A stretch of 64,000 nucleotides of DNA from Marsupella aquatica (lineage: Eukaryota > Plantae > Marchantiophyta). Below the pieces are notes generated by a model. That model worked only from the letters and a program-made list of their open reading frames with translations, was not told the origin of the DNA and did not search any database. Every line of letters begins with the position of its first letter. Position 1 is the first letter of the stretch. Below, piece by piece: positions 1 to 11,670 of the stretch. Position numbers and translations under genes: made by a program. The stretch spans positions 894,515-958,514 of the forward strand of contig OZ316897.1 of NCBI GenBank assembly GCA_973895155.1, read 5' to 3'.

Positions 1-1847
1 TCCTCTGCAAGCATGACAGGTACATGTCCTTCAATTCCCAACATCTCCTTTGCAGTAGACAGAATTCGAGCCACCTCCTTGAATGTTTCTGGCCTAATTC
101 CAACACGAAATTGAACAAATTTTGCTCTATCTCGTTTTAGTGTCTTCAGGCTTGGCCCAGCTAAGTTCCTTGCAAAAACATGGGCCACCTGCCGGCCCTC
201 ATATTGAAACATAGCCTGAGCTATGGCTTTTGTTTTCTGACTATAACGAAACCCCCTTGCACTTCTCTCCAAATTTCTACCTACATCTTTCAGAAAATCC
301 CACAGACCTTCTTTTCCACCAAATGCACCATTCCTATGACCATTGACTATACTCCTTAGGAAAAGTCTCAAATCTTTTCTGTCTGCAGCTACTCCTAACA
401 GTTCTTGCAATTTTCTCTTCCTAGTACTAAGGGCACACACTTTCTGAGTTTGTAATGCCAACAACCATCTCTCTTTTCTTCTCTTGACATTGAGACCATG
501 CATCTGTGTGGTCAACTCTGGACGTGTCAAGTAGCATGCATTCAAACCACCCTCTGTGCTTCTTTCCCCTCTCTTTGCTAAAGCCTTCGCTTCCTTGTGC
601 ACCCGCCCACGAAAGTCATCTTCTAGTGTTATAGCATGACATCTACTGCAAGTTAAGTTCAGAAACCCCCCACCATACAAGGACAGCCTACAACATTGTT
701 TATGCCTAAATAGTCCTTCTATATGTACAATAGAATTTGTATTAGGATTGTAGACATCAACAGAGACTGTGGCATTTACATCCCATACATGTCCTCCATG
801 CTGATCCTGTAAGATACCCTTCACAACATACTTCACATTCTTCCACTGTACATATTCATCCCATATTCCCCAACAGAGCAAACTTAGGCCCATATCAATG
901 TCTACAGACCCACCTGTGCCAGAGCTGCTGCTTGCATTGGAAGCATCCTCCTTGAAGAATTTTAAAATTGAATTCTGTGAAGGATGTTGATCCCTCTCAT
1001 CTGGCTTCCTTGGTCTGCCCCTCTTTCCAGATCTCAATGCAAGTTCAGCAGTATTCTCTCTGGCTTCAACTACATCCAGGTGACCCCGACTGACCAAGTG
1101 TGTCCTCAGGTTGTGATCCAAAGTCCCCTTCTTACAAACCAGATCCATGATTGCCCCACAAACCTTACACCTGACCTTATACAGGAACCACTTGTTTGCA
1201 TTATTGGCTAAACCAGGCACAGGGGGCACATGAAATAGCTCATCATCACCTCCACACTCAGCATTCAAATTCTGTACTATCTCTAGGCCAGTTGCTATGG
1301 CCCCCTCATAATCAAACTCAGGCTTTTGTGCAAGATCTGAGGGCTTCACTCCAATCATAGCAATTCCCCTTCTCCTACAGTAATTGTCTTTGTGTTTAGC
1401 AAAGGCAAGGTGCTTGGTCTTAAAATTGCTAAACAGATTAGCAATTGACTTCTTATCTTGGGAATTGTCTGCCCTCCCATAGATAACTCTGCACTCAAGA
1501 CACTCTAAATGGCCTCTCACATCCTGTCCTTCATCCCACGTACGAATTCTCCAATTATGATTTTCATAACCATTCTTTTGAACCCACTTCTCTAGTCTTA
1601 TAAATTCATCATTCCAAACTTTGACAGCTGCCTTAGACATAAGAATAGACTCAAAAGAAGCTCTCACAGGGGGAGCTTCTTGCAGTTGTTCACCTTGGGA
1701 AGAGTCCATTGCAACTGATTGGGTGACAGCAACAGAAACCGATGGGAACTCTGTCCCAACAGTCGGCAAGGATCCAATTTGTTCAATGACAACAACTTTC
1801 CCATCCAATTCAGACAGCTCAGTCATTTTCTCACTCTTGACCTTCAT
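1..1847 (-). CDS. N-terminal >=615 aa of a putative P-element/THAP9-like transposase with two C2H2-like zinc fingers and an AT-hook (runs off the window, so absent from the ORF track)
   Basis: Manual translation from ATG 1847: MKVKSEK...CLEC..HLAFAKH...CKVC..HLVSRGH...KRGRPRK...GPSLKTLKR...VPVMLAE(D/E) at the window edge. PS..TL.R followed by hydrophobic-x-x-D-E resembles the region around the first catalytic Asp of P-type transposases. Confidence 0.6.
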   Translation of the reverse strand, partial: MKVKSEKMTELSELDGKVVVIEQIGSLPTVGTEFPSVSVAVTQSVAMDSSQGEQLQEAPPVRASFESILMSKAAVKVWNDEFIRLEKWVQKNGYENHNWRIRTWDEGQDVRGHLECLECRVIYGRADNSQDKKSIANLFSNFKTKHLAFAKHKDNYCRRRGIAMIGVKPSDLAQKPEFDYEGAIATGLEIVQNLNAECGGDDELFHVPPVPGLANNANKWFLYKVRCKVCGAIMDLVCKKGTLDHNLRTHLVSRGHLDVVEARENTAELALRSGKRGRPRKPDERDQHPSQNSILKFFKEDASNASSSSGTGGSVDIDMGLSLLCWGIWDEYVQWKNVKYVVKGILQDQHGGHVWDVNATVSVDVYNPNTNSIVHIEGLFRHKQCCRLSLYGGGFLNLTCSRCHAITLEDDFRGRVHKEAKALAKRGERSTEGGLNACYLTRPELTTQMHGLNVKRRKERWLLALQTQKVCALSTRKRKLQELLGVAADRKDLRLFLRSIVNGHRNGAFGGKEGLWDFLKDVGRNLERSARGFRYSQKTKAIAQAMFQYEGRQVAHVFARNLAGPSLKTLKRDRAKFVQFRVGIRPETFKEVARILSTAKEMLGIEGHVPVMLAE

Positions 1848-2255
1848 TCGACCAGGAAGCCTATAATCCCAGAAATCAAAATCAAAATCAACCAAATCAG
1901 GAATTCGATTTCGAAAATCAGCTAAAGTTTGACCTTCTTTGAACGCCAACACAGCTATTGGTTCTTCATCTTTCCCATAAGTCACCACATCCCTTTTTTT
2001 GTGCAATAGTTTTACAAACTGGGTAGCCATTTCAATGAATTGGTTCAAGTAGGTTAAAGTATCAAGGGTTCTAAATACATTCACAGATACATAATGGACC
2101 TGCCATACACAATGAACCTGTCATACAACACAGTAAACAACACAATATGAAGCAAATTAGACATTGTTCAAAAAACCTTTTCAAAACCAGCTTTTAAGAA
2201 GACCCAAACAAAAACTTGCTGGTCATTGTTCACATGTGATTAGTCTAGTGAAACT

Positions 2256-2981
2256 CTAAGAAGTATGAGGCTGCATAGGAACTAGTTCACCCTCAGCTAT
2301 TCTATGCCTATGACAATAAATGAAACGCCAGCCTTCCACATCCCAGTGGTCCCTGCCCTTCACACACCTCCTAACTTGGTGTTTCACTCCCCCAGTTGTC
2401 TCATCATGACACCAACTTTGAGGGCACCTACGACACTGGACAAAGTCCTTAATCCCATCCTTGTACACTTTACAATACTCACAAAAGTGCCTTGGGCACA
2501 TTAGGCTCTTTGGATTCCCTGGCTGAGACCTTTGAGGCAGTGCTGCAACCATAAGCAACACCCTAAGGCAACCAGGGTGGTAATGAGAAAAGCAATCGGG
2601 GTGGGCACAATGGAGCACAAGAGATTCATTTTCTATGGGGTGCTCAAATCTGCCAATGAGTCCACAAGCAAAGCATCTAGCTTTGCCAGCAGCACATAGT
2701 TGACAAACCCATGGTGACGTCCAGTCATTGTTTTCAGGCAGTGTGACAGGAGTGCAAGCAGGCCCATGTATACCTTCTCCACCAACAAAGTGAAAATGTC
2801 TACTACAAGGCCCATCACAAAATACCACATCATCTGTCTCATCACAAAAGAAACAACAAGGAGGATCCATGCGGTGGTGCTCCTTGTGGGAAAATATGTC
2901 AATCCTGGGCACATTAGAAGCCATCTCTGCTTGTTGGATAAGTTGCTGGATAGTGGATTTACCTATGCACACCACATTCAT
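2256..2981 (-). CDS. Intronless EDM2/NSD-type tandem PHD-finger protein (241 aa)
   Basis: CFFCD..VVFCDGPCSRHFH..C..WVCQLC..CFACG..LHCAHPDCFSHYHPGC..MCPRHFCEYC..QCRRCPQSW..RFIYCHRHRI follows the Cys/His spacing of the Arabidopsis EDM2 PHD cassette, including the IYC..H.I tail. Confidence 0.8.
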   Translation of the reverse strand: MNVVCIGKSTIQQLIQQAEMASNVPRIDIFSHKEHHRMDPPCCFFCDETDDVVFCDGPCSRHFHFVGGEGIHGPACTPVTLPENNDWTSPWVCQLCAAGKARCFACGLIGRFEHPIENESLVLHCAHPDCFSHYHPGCLRVLLMVAALPQRSQPGNPKSLMCPRHFCEYCKVYKDGIKDFVQCRRCPQSWCHDETTGGVKHQVRRCVKGRDHWDVEGWRFIYCHRHRIAEGELVPMQPHTS

Positions 2982-3199
2982 TTACTCAGCATCCATGTTG
3001 TAGCCCCTCAACATTCATTAAACACTGAATAGCCAATTGAGGTTATTGGTGCAACTACATAGCATATATCATAAACAAAAGCATACCTTTTATTGATCTC
3101 TTATCTGACTAGCAAGAGCTGCAACAAATGGTGTATCTTGAGGCTTGCTCCTTCCACAAGGTTCACATATAAACCCTGGTATATTGCTGAAGCTTCTGA

Positions 3200-3440
3200 G
3201 ATGCTTTGACTACATCGTAAGCCAATCCATCCTGCAAGAAGCTCAAGCCAATAAATCCCGCAAGCTCGAGTCAAGATCTAGAATAACAATTAAATCCAAG
3301 AAGACCTAACACAAAAGATGCTTCGACTACATCGTAATTAAGCCAATCCATCTGCAAGAAGCTTGAGCCAATCAATCCTGCTAGAGTGAAGATCTATAAT
3401 AACACATCCAAGAAGACCAAACACCAAAGATACAAGGAAG
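3200..3440. repeat. ~120-bp tandem duplication
   Basis: GACTACATCGTAA..GCCAATCCATC.TGCAAGAAGCT..AGCCAAT occurs at ~3208 and ~3325. Confidence 0.7.
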
Positions 3441-5351
3441 CGGGCAGGGAAGAACTTGAACAAACAGTAATCTTGAGAACTCTGGAAAATAGCGGCATGA
3501 CATGGAAGTCTCACTATAGATCATGAAATGAACTTTCAATTCAACTTCAGCCAGAGCTAGGCCAGAGATAATATACCTTGGCAATTATTGGCTCCAAGCT
3601 ATAGACGTGGAACAAATCCTCTTGTTGGATAAGTTGCACATTCAACATAGAGCCATTCAAATGAATGTTATTCAAGATTGCATTGAACAAAAAACCACTA
3701 TGAACAATCACTGTTGAACAACTTACAGTGAGACTAATCCAATCAATTAATCAGGATTGAAACAGGAGTTGTTGAGGACGCTGCTATGGCAAGGGCGCCT
3801 GCAATCCTACTTGCAAGAAGTAAAACACATAAGATAGACTAATCAGGCATGCAAAATCTCCAAGCAAAGAAAAATGTGAAATTGGCAATGGAGTCGATCC
3901 CACTGACATTTTCTCACAATCAGTTCCCTTCCAGCATTTTCAATCCAAATCTCATAGACAAACTGCAGGGAACTCAGAAGTGGACCATTGAGATAGACTA
4001 CAACATTTTCTACCACAGACTACAACAGACAATCGGGCTGACATTGAAAGGACAACATTTTCTACCACAGACTACAATAGACAGTCGAGCTGACATTGAA
4101 AGGACCATGAGACAACTTTCAAAGTTGACACACACAAACAAGACCTGCCCTCACCTTCACCAAGAGCCAACATGCAAGCGCAAATAGAGAACTAAGGACC
4201 AAATGTGATCGACTGTGAAGTTGACAATCAGTTCCTTCACCATTTTTGGGCATGAGACAGAGACAACTTTCACCAGCATCAGCGTAGTATGACAAACGGT
4301 GCCCCCAACAAAGCTTGATCTACCAAGTAATCAAATCACAATGAATCAAAGGAAGCAATTGAAAACTAGCAGGACAATGAAAGAGAACTCCACCACAAGT
4401 ACTTGCAGATCGAATGACAGTGCATCCTACCAAGGTCAATCAGCTCCCTGGTGCCCGGTCCAATCTCAACATGTATAGTCTTGATCGATCGATTGACCTT
4501 CAGCTTGATTGATCAATCAGCTGCTCCAACACGGCCGCTACACCAAAGACGACCCTTCAGTTGGATAGATCAGCTAGGAGCTCAAACACAACCGCAGCAC
4601 CCAACGACGACCCTTCAGCTTGATATTTCAGCTGGTTGCTCAAACACAACCGCAGCACCCAGTGGCAACCTTCACCGCAGCACCCAGCAGGACAGCCGCA
4701 GCCGTGACCTTGATCACACTCAGTCGCAACGCCCACGTTCATGCAATTGACTTCAGCCCCAACTTCAGCTACACCTCGATCATAGTTGCAATGCCCAGCT
4801 GAGCGCCCAACTTGAAGCAACACCCACAATTGCCCGATCACTTTCACTCCCAGAATGACTGCAGCTGATCAAAATCGCAGTAGATCACGCTCGTAGCTGA
4901 ACAGACTTGCAGCTGAATAGACTCGCAGCTGCCACCTAAGTTTGATCAACAGAGCCACAATGCCCATCCCATGTGTAAGCATTTCCTTCAAAAAAGCTTG
5001 AAGCAATACCCAGAAATGCCCACCGTGTGCAGCAAGCTCAGTCATTGCCGCAGCACCCAACCTGAGTCTAAGCATTTCCTTCAAGAGAAGATCAAGACCC
5101 TGAGTGCAAACTTTGTCCACTATCTACGAAGGAAGCAACACGATTGAGCAAACAACATGATTGAAGGCAGCAGCTTGCACAAGCAGCTTAAAACGAAGGA
5201 AGCATCACGATTGAAGGGAGCAGCACGAAAAGCAGGGAAGCACTCGACAAACAAAAAGGGATCAAGGAGGTCAGCCAAGAGGAAAAGTTCAAAGAAAGGG
5301 AGGAATACCTCAGTCTTCAGTTCGACCTGTGGAGTCACGCTTTCGCCCTTC

Positions 5352-5425
5352 GCCTTCAAGCTTGCCCCGGGCCTTCAAGCTTGCCCCGACCTTCAAGCTT
5401 GCCCCAACATTCAACTTGCCTTCAA
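5352..5425. repeat. 18-bp minisatellite (CCTTCAAGCTTGCCCCnn) x4
   Basis: Directly visible tandem units; they explain the spurious overlapping ORFs here. Confidence 0.8.
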
Positions 5426-6382
5426 TCTCGCCCCTCTCCCTTTGCCTTCAAGCTCGCTCTCTGCCTAGCCTTTTCCAAGTGCTCCGTAAGGGATCGCAGC
5501 ACATTGATTGGGAGAACCTCAATCTCCCGAGTTGCCAAAGCCTCCCACTTAGTCGACCTCAATGAGCGCCCACCTCCTTCAACTGACCTTGCGCAACCAC
5601 TGTCACCTCACATCCACCAACCTCAACGCAAGCTTGTGCAGCAGTCAATCAAACTCTCGTTCTAGCTCGCAACTTCCTTCACAGAATGCACTACTTTCTT
5701 TAAAAAAAAACAGAGGCAACACCCAACCTTCGATGCGCAACTCATCGCGACTCATCTGTGCACTCTCGTGTGCACTTCCCTTTGCAAAGCTAAACCCTAC
5801 CTCCCATCCAACGGTCCAACATTTGCCCTAAACGACTCATATTTGCCTTTGCCCTGATCGTTGGATGCCCCTCCAAATGGATGGATAGATGGCCCTGCGA
5901 GATTCACCCCCTAAACACCCACAGCCATCTACAAAGAATTTGGCAGTTGCACCTGGGAGAATGGATGTCCCCGACACTTCCTACCCCAACCCTTCCCCTT
6001 CCCCCCTTGTGGTCCACCAAACCATCCACGTCCCGCCCAAAAAATTCAAATTTTGTCCCTTAGTGCTCGTCTTAAGGCCACCATGAAACCCCCATTAAGC
6101 ACTATAACCTGTTTACATAAGGATGGGCCACGTGGACCAATTAAAAACAGACACGTGTTCCTCATATATGACCAGGCCAAAAATGCCCTATCTTCAACTA
6201 ACAACTTATATTGAAGAAGTGGTGTTTATAATACCCCTAATATTCTTCTAAGTTGCAAGATATATTTTTCAACCCCTATAGTTCTTCAACAAAAATTCTA
6301 AAGTCTTCCGCAAAATTGAATTAAAAAACCCTATACTTTTTCGCGCGTGATGGGTCGGAAGGAAATAAGTGAGGACCCCGGG

Positions 6383-8907
6383 ACCAGAAAGCTTTCCGCT
6401 TGTTCAATTTTGAAGAAAACTTGCTAAACATTTGATCAATTTGATCATGGGTGTGCCCCACCAATAGGAAACCAACCTTTATTTTCTGGAAAACACCTAT
6501 CTCCACCAACATATTCAAATATGCCATAAGATATTTATTCTTGTTTTCCCGAGCTGTGTTATCAAGCTGGAGGTAAAGCACTGGAGGGAGCAGACCTTCC
6601 CAGGTATTCAGAATATGCTGGATAACGTGGATGGTCAGGTTGCTATCATTGTGAATATTTGGATAGTTCAAAAAAACATTTGAACTTAATTGTTTGTTGA
6701 AGATCAAACAACCCACTACGTGTACGGGGATGAAATACTTTTCATCCATATTCTTCGGACACCGAATGAAATGAGGTAACTCTGTCTTCTTTTGATCCAT
6801 TCCATCAATACAGATGCCCAAATATTTCTCCGGACTCTTGTACCATTTGCTCCGGTGCTTTGCTAACTTCTCCCTCTCGACTGCTTGTGCCTTCCGATGC
6901 TCGTTTAGCAATGTTGAGAATTTTCCTACAATAATAAAAATGTTTAGGACAAAACATGATAACCGCAATGTTGAACCCTGACAGCGATAAATTTATCGGG
7001 TTCAGTATTCAAACACGAGACCGTAATGATAAACCCTAACAACGATAAATTTATCGGGTTCAGTATTCAAACACAAGATCGTAATGAAAAATTGTGACAA
7101 CGATAAATTTATCAGGTTCAGTATTCAAACTGTTCAAACGATATATTCACTCACATGGCCAAAGAAGAAGCACATGAATACTCAACCCGATAAAATTATC
7201 TGGAGTAACACACAGGTTTAGAAACTTACTCTTTTCTGCTTCGAGTGTTGCCTTGTCACGGAGTGCTTTGAATTCAGTACACGGGGCGCAGGTGGAGAAA
7301 CGGCTCCTTTTGGGGATGCGCACGCGAGGAAACTCCTTGTTCCAAATGCGAACAAACCACGAATATGTCATGCCTTGTTCTTGGCGCATTAGAGTTTCGG
7401 ACTGGAAGGCATCAAAAACTTCTGTTTTTGTCCAATTGTCAGGTAAATGAAAGATATCCTTGTTGGGGAGACTCTCGACATTTGTGGAAAAAAAATCATC
7501 CAGCCATTGGACGAGACCAAGATGTGCGGGTGATTTTTCTTGACAAACTGTACCGATCTGTATCCGAGAAAACATGTTCTGCGAGATTTTTTGGAGACGA
7601 TTATTTCCCAGTGAAAATAATTTCTTAAAACCACTTCGACAAAAGGATCTACCGCTAACTGAGTAACCACTTGCACCAGCATGCCCACCCTTCACACATC
7701 CTCTTAGAAGGACGTTCTTCTCTGGGTAGGATAGCCCATAGTAATAAGTGCGTTGTTTCGTCACGGCTAGCAGACCCAAATTCCGCAGACAGTAATTATC
7801 ACAACACGAATACTTATGAATTTTTCTCATTTTATTTCTATTCAATTTGTCATTTATCACATTGTCTTTCCTAGTAATTCGGTCCCTATCTTTTTTACTA
7901 GGCTCATTTGACTTCTCTACAACCTGAAATCCGTTCATAACATTGGCATTTTCGGGTCCTTCAGGTGCCTCGCGAATAGATGCATCACTCTCTGCTGAGC
8001 TACCATCCTCTATAGATCTCCTTGACGCATTTAGAGGGGCACTGAATAGACGACTATAGCTATTCTCTTCGACAGCTCCTTCTAAACATTCAGACACAAC
8101 TTGTGCTATTATATCGGATTCTCTATCTCCTTCCTCATCTTCGTCCTCCGATGCACTCAACTCATCTGAAAACACAATTGGACTCCGTGGCTCTCTATAC
8201 ATAACCCGAACGCCACTAAGACCTCTCCTCGATACTTGGAGCCTGGAACCAATGACAGTCCGCCCTTGAGAACTTGGAGATTCTGGATTCGCACATGCAG
8301 TCCCAACGACTCCGCGAGCTGCTGGAAAATTGAGCACTTGTTCACCACGATTCCCACGGACCATTCGAGAAAGGGCCGAGTCTGGACTTCGCAGTCCGAT
8401 TCCCTCGCTTGCTCGCACATCCAGTCCAGGCAATGCAAAGACCGATCGCCGTATCGGTCTTTGTATTTCTGTGTCCCAATCCTCACCCGGAGACTGAAAG
8501 ATCCATCGTTGAACTTGTGTTGAATGTGGCGACTTGAATGCCGACTGCGATACGCGTATCGGTCGCCGGATACCCTCTCCATAACCCGGGATGGATGGCC
8601 TGAAGCGACGTCTCGGACCTAAACCTGGGATTGAAAGTTTCTCATTTCTTGGCGATGGAACGCTCAAGAGATGACGCTTCTCAGGTTTACTAGGCGACAC
8701 ATAGTAAGCACTGGGCTCAGGACCAGAACTTGCATCAGAATCTGAGTCAGAGATTTCGGGCACTATTTGCTGTGAGAGAGGTAGAGCTTTAAGTATGCGA
8801 CTTGGCAAACAGCGAGCGACAAGATTAGGAGAGGATTCAACTGAACTGGAAGGTGAATCTGTGTCTGATTGAGACATGGCTATCCGAGACACTATGGGGC
8901 TTTGCAT
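6383..8907 (-). CDS. Sola1-like DDD transposase, exons 8907-7230 and 6925-6383 (C-terminus displaced by an insertion)
   Basis: Motifs CCDNYC, FCRSGFKKLF, CAPC, IDGMDQ, LYLQLDNTARENKN, FLLVGHTHDQIDQMFS. A GT-AG intron at 7229-6926 joins the two ORFs in frame (AEK-R-KF). Confidence 0.75.
6985..7130. repeat. 3 x 58-bp intronic tandem repeat with palindrome CGATAAATTTATC(G)
   Basis: Palindromes at 6985, 7043 and 7101. Confidence 0.85.
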
Positions 8908-9164
8908 TCCTCCCACAATCAGGGAAAACGAAAGGCTCAACGGACAGAATGTTGCTCCAAGAACACAACTCCCAAAACTCTACTCTCGATAATGATGCCA
9001 AAAACTTATCGGCGGTGGCCCTTTTATAGTGTCTGTTGAGGGGTTGGCCCACGTGTCCACTTTTGATTGGCTGTCACCCTAAACGACAAAATAGCAGAAA
9101 AGGGTATATTTCTTGGATTTCCAATTTCATTCTCACACGTGCATCGTGGCAAAATTATATAGTT

Positions 9165-9365
9165 TTGAAATTGAAGCGATAAATTTATCTGATGTTGGTA
9201 TTGTAAAAGTGGTTCCTTCATATGGAAGTTGCAATTTGAAATTGAAGCGATAAATTTATCTGATGTTGGTATTGCAAAAGTGGTTCCTTCATATGGAAGT
9301 TGCAATTTTGAAATTGAAGCGATAAATTTATCTGATGTTGGTATTGCGAAGAGTTTTCTTCATAT
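9165..9365. repeat. 3 x ~71-bp tandem repeat with palindrome GATAAATTTATC upstream of the transposase
   Basis: GAAATTGAAGCGATAAATTTATCTGATGTTGGTATTG at ~9167, ~9238 and ~9310. Confidence 0.85.
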
Positions 9366-9997
9366 GGATAGGAATTTTGAAATTTAACCGATGAACCGAA
9401 GGATCTTAGTATTGTCGACTAGTATTTTTGTCGCCCGTAGTTTTCGCAATAATTTTATCGGACTGCGCATTGCTGTTGAAAGAATGGCATGTTGACTATG
9501 GTCACTTGCGGAGGTAACTGGTCAATTGCGGAGGTAACTGCAAGGTAAATTTGACGAACCGTGTAGTAATTCTTATCGACTGTGATGTAAAATATTTTTG
9601 GTAAATATCCAAAAACTGAGAAACGTGAGATTGGGTCGGAGTTTTCGTGGCTCAAATCCGGAGTCTGATACAGTTATCACACTTGGCTCGAAATGTGGAT
9701 ATGGATTTATAGATAAGACCTTTCATATATCTTCGGAGAGCGTGAATATGAGGTCGAGGAGAAAGTTTTTTGGATCTAATTGTTCCTTGATAATATGAAT
9801 GTTTGTTAGCATGAATTTCATTGGTTTTGATCATTATTAAATTTGTTGTTTCAATCCGAACTCCGATACGAATTACATTATTTCCCCAAAAACGCGTTTT
9901 TGATGAAAAAAATTGCCGATTTCGCGAGATTCGGCGGAAAATGAAAATACACTTCTCGTTTAGAGGAAATAGTTCTCGTTCGGTCCGAAATCGTGTT

Positions 9998-10741
9998 CTC
10001 TGTGAATTGCACTGGCCTCCTCACGTTCCTGTACTCCTGCAAGCTTGCCAGGTAGGCCCTCACCTTCCTCCTATCATGGTATCGTGCTTGAGACATTGAA
10101 TTCGAAATTCTATCTGCAAGCCACTGGTCATCAATCTCTGCTCCATTTCTGAATGAATCTTTGACCTGAGTCATTACTTTCCTCTGCTCTGCTCTGCTTA
10201 GTTTCCCCCACTCAACACCTCGTGCAAAGCTAGTCCTCACAGCAAGCCTGATAGTGCTCTTTGCCCCAGTGTAGGCCAACTCAGTAGGAATGCCCTCAAC
10301 CAAGGCAATCAATGGCAGCTTCTTCCTCTCTTCCTCCTTTTTCCGCTGCGCCTCACGTTGTGCTCGAATCTCATCTCGTTCCTCCCTTCTCCTCTTCTTT
10401 TCGAGGGCTGCAGGAGAGAGTACTCCTGCCTTAGCCCTCTCCTCCTTTTTTTGTTTCTTCTCTCTGGCCTTCTCCTCAGCTGCAGCCTTTGCCTCTTTCT
10501 CCCTCTGAGCCTGCCCTGCTGCAACCCCGGTTTGCAAAGCTTGCCCTAGAATTGCACTCAAAGAAGCAATCCCAACTGGTGTACTCAAATCCAAATGGCT
10601 CAGCTGTGTGGCATTGAGATGCTCGGCCATCAAATTCGTCCATTGATTACTCTCCTCATTCCTGTTCCCTCCATTGCCATTGCCACTCCCACTCCCACTT
10701 GCCCCTGCCCCATCCCCTCCATGCCCTCCACTAGAATCCAT
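9998..10741 (-). CDS. CACTA second ORF (possibly TnpA-like, coiled-coil), truncated by the Sola-like insertion
   Basis: ATG-started ORF with a Gly-rich N-terminus, an E/K/R coiled coil and a globular part (W.KLS..EQ.KV...VK..F). The last ~35 aa of the listed ORF are read from the inserted element. Confidence 0.5.
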
Positions 10742-11209
10742 AGCTATCCAACACCAAGTGCGCGCAAGCTCTCCTCCTACCCTCCCTCACTTCAAAAAAT
10801 GTCGAATGGACCTCGTAACCCGGCGGGAAGGTCCGAATGCCCAGACAAAACACATTTGCGATGCAGTCCGCATCGCAATTTGCGAATCAGCCCGCTTCGC
10901 AACTAGTATCTCAACTTTCCAAAACCAATGCGAAACCACACGCTTCGCAAAGCCTTCGCAAAGCTGCAGAGACGCGAAAAAACGCTCTCGGGCTCTGTTT
11001 TTCCGAAGCTGTTGGGAAACATTTTGCTTCGCAAATAATGTGACCAAATTCTGAAGCAGGTTGCGAAGCAGGTCGGTTCTCAATATCGTGGCAATTCCTG
11101 GCAAATTTTTTTTTCACATTCTTTCCCTCCTCCTTTTGTTTAGGCCATGTAAGTTATACTATGCCCTTTTGTGTAATTAAGAAATTATGCCGTTTCAAAT
11201 CCCAGCGTT

Positions 11210-11670
11210 TGTTAGGGTTGGGTCTTGGATGAAGCTGGTTTTTTTAGGGGTTAAAAGCGAGATTACCAGTCAAACCTTCCGTTTTTTAAGCTATACATGG
11301 TGTGGGTGTAGGCTAATTTTGATAAGAGTTGGGTTTTGGTTTAAAATTAATAAGTGAGGAAAGGGTTTAGGATTAAAGTTGGGTTTGGGTTTAGGGTTTA
11401 AGTCTTTAATTTTGGGTTTAAGCAGGGTTTGCATTTATGGTTGTAGGCTTTTAGGGTTCAAGCAAGGGTTTAGGGTTTAAAACAAAAGAGAGGAAGGGGA
11501 TTGGGAGTGAGGGTCTAGGTTTTTGTAATAGGTAAGAGGTTTGGGGGTGAGGGTTTGGAAAAGGCAAAGCAAGGTTAGATGAGATTAATGTTTTAGTTGT
11601 TTTACCATGGGTTTTATGGGTTTTAATGGGTTTTATGGATCTTTTGGGTTTTAATGGTTTTTTCATGGGT
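11210..11670. promoter_or_regulatory. Cluster of degenerate TTTAGGG/telo-box motifs between the divergent CACTA transcription units
   Basis: Multiple TTAGGG/GGGTTTAGGGTTT copies, e.g. 11387-11400 and 11466-11478. Confidence 0.45.

Larger units (their letters stand above)
1..6382 (-). mobile_element. Large TIR DNA transposon (P-element-like family), only one end in window; carries transposase-like ORF and EDM2-like PHD ORF
   Basis: Ends in ...GTGAGGACCCCGGG at 6369-6382 (TIR CCCGGGGTCCTCAC). The ~250 bp subterminal region resembles the right end of the complete element at 16858-18724. The junction truncates the Sola-like transposase ORF. Confidence 0.75.
6383..9997 (-). mobile_element. Sola-like (DDD) DNA transposon, 5' part; interrupted at 6382/6383
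   Basis: Contains the transposase gene and repeated GATAAATTTATC palindromes. Its outer terminus ...TTCTCGTTCGGTCCGAAATCGTGTT (~9995-10000) interrupts the CACTA second ORF, and a similar terminus occurs at ~48880-48928. Confidence 0.6.

Noticed and set aside
4451-5831. Many overlapping 60-100 aa ORFs
   Set aside because: They arise from low-complexity CAG/CTT-rich repeats inside the element; no domain signal.
6321-6382. C-terminus WSRGPHLFPSDPSRAKKYRVF of the 215-aa ORF
   Set aside because: Read-through into the TIR of the inserted element, not part of the transposase.
11210-11670. Interstitial telomere or chromosome-fusion scar
   Set aside because: The TTTAGGG units are scattered and degenerate, and lie in a TE promoter region rather than a tandem array.
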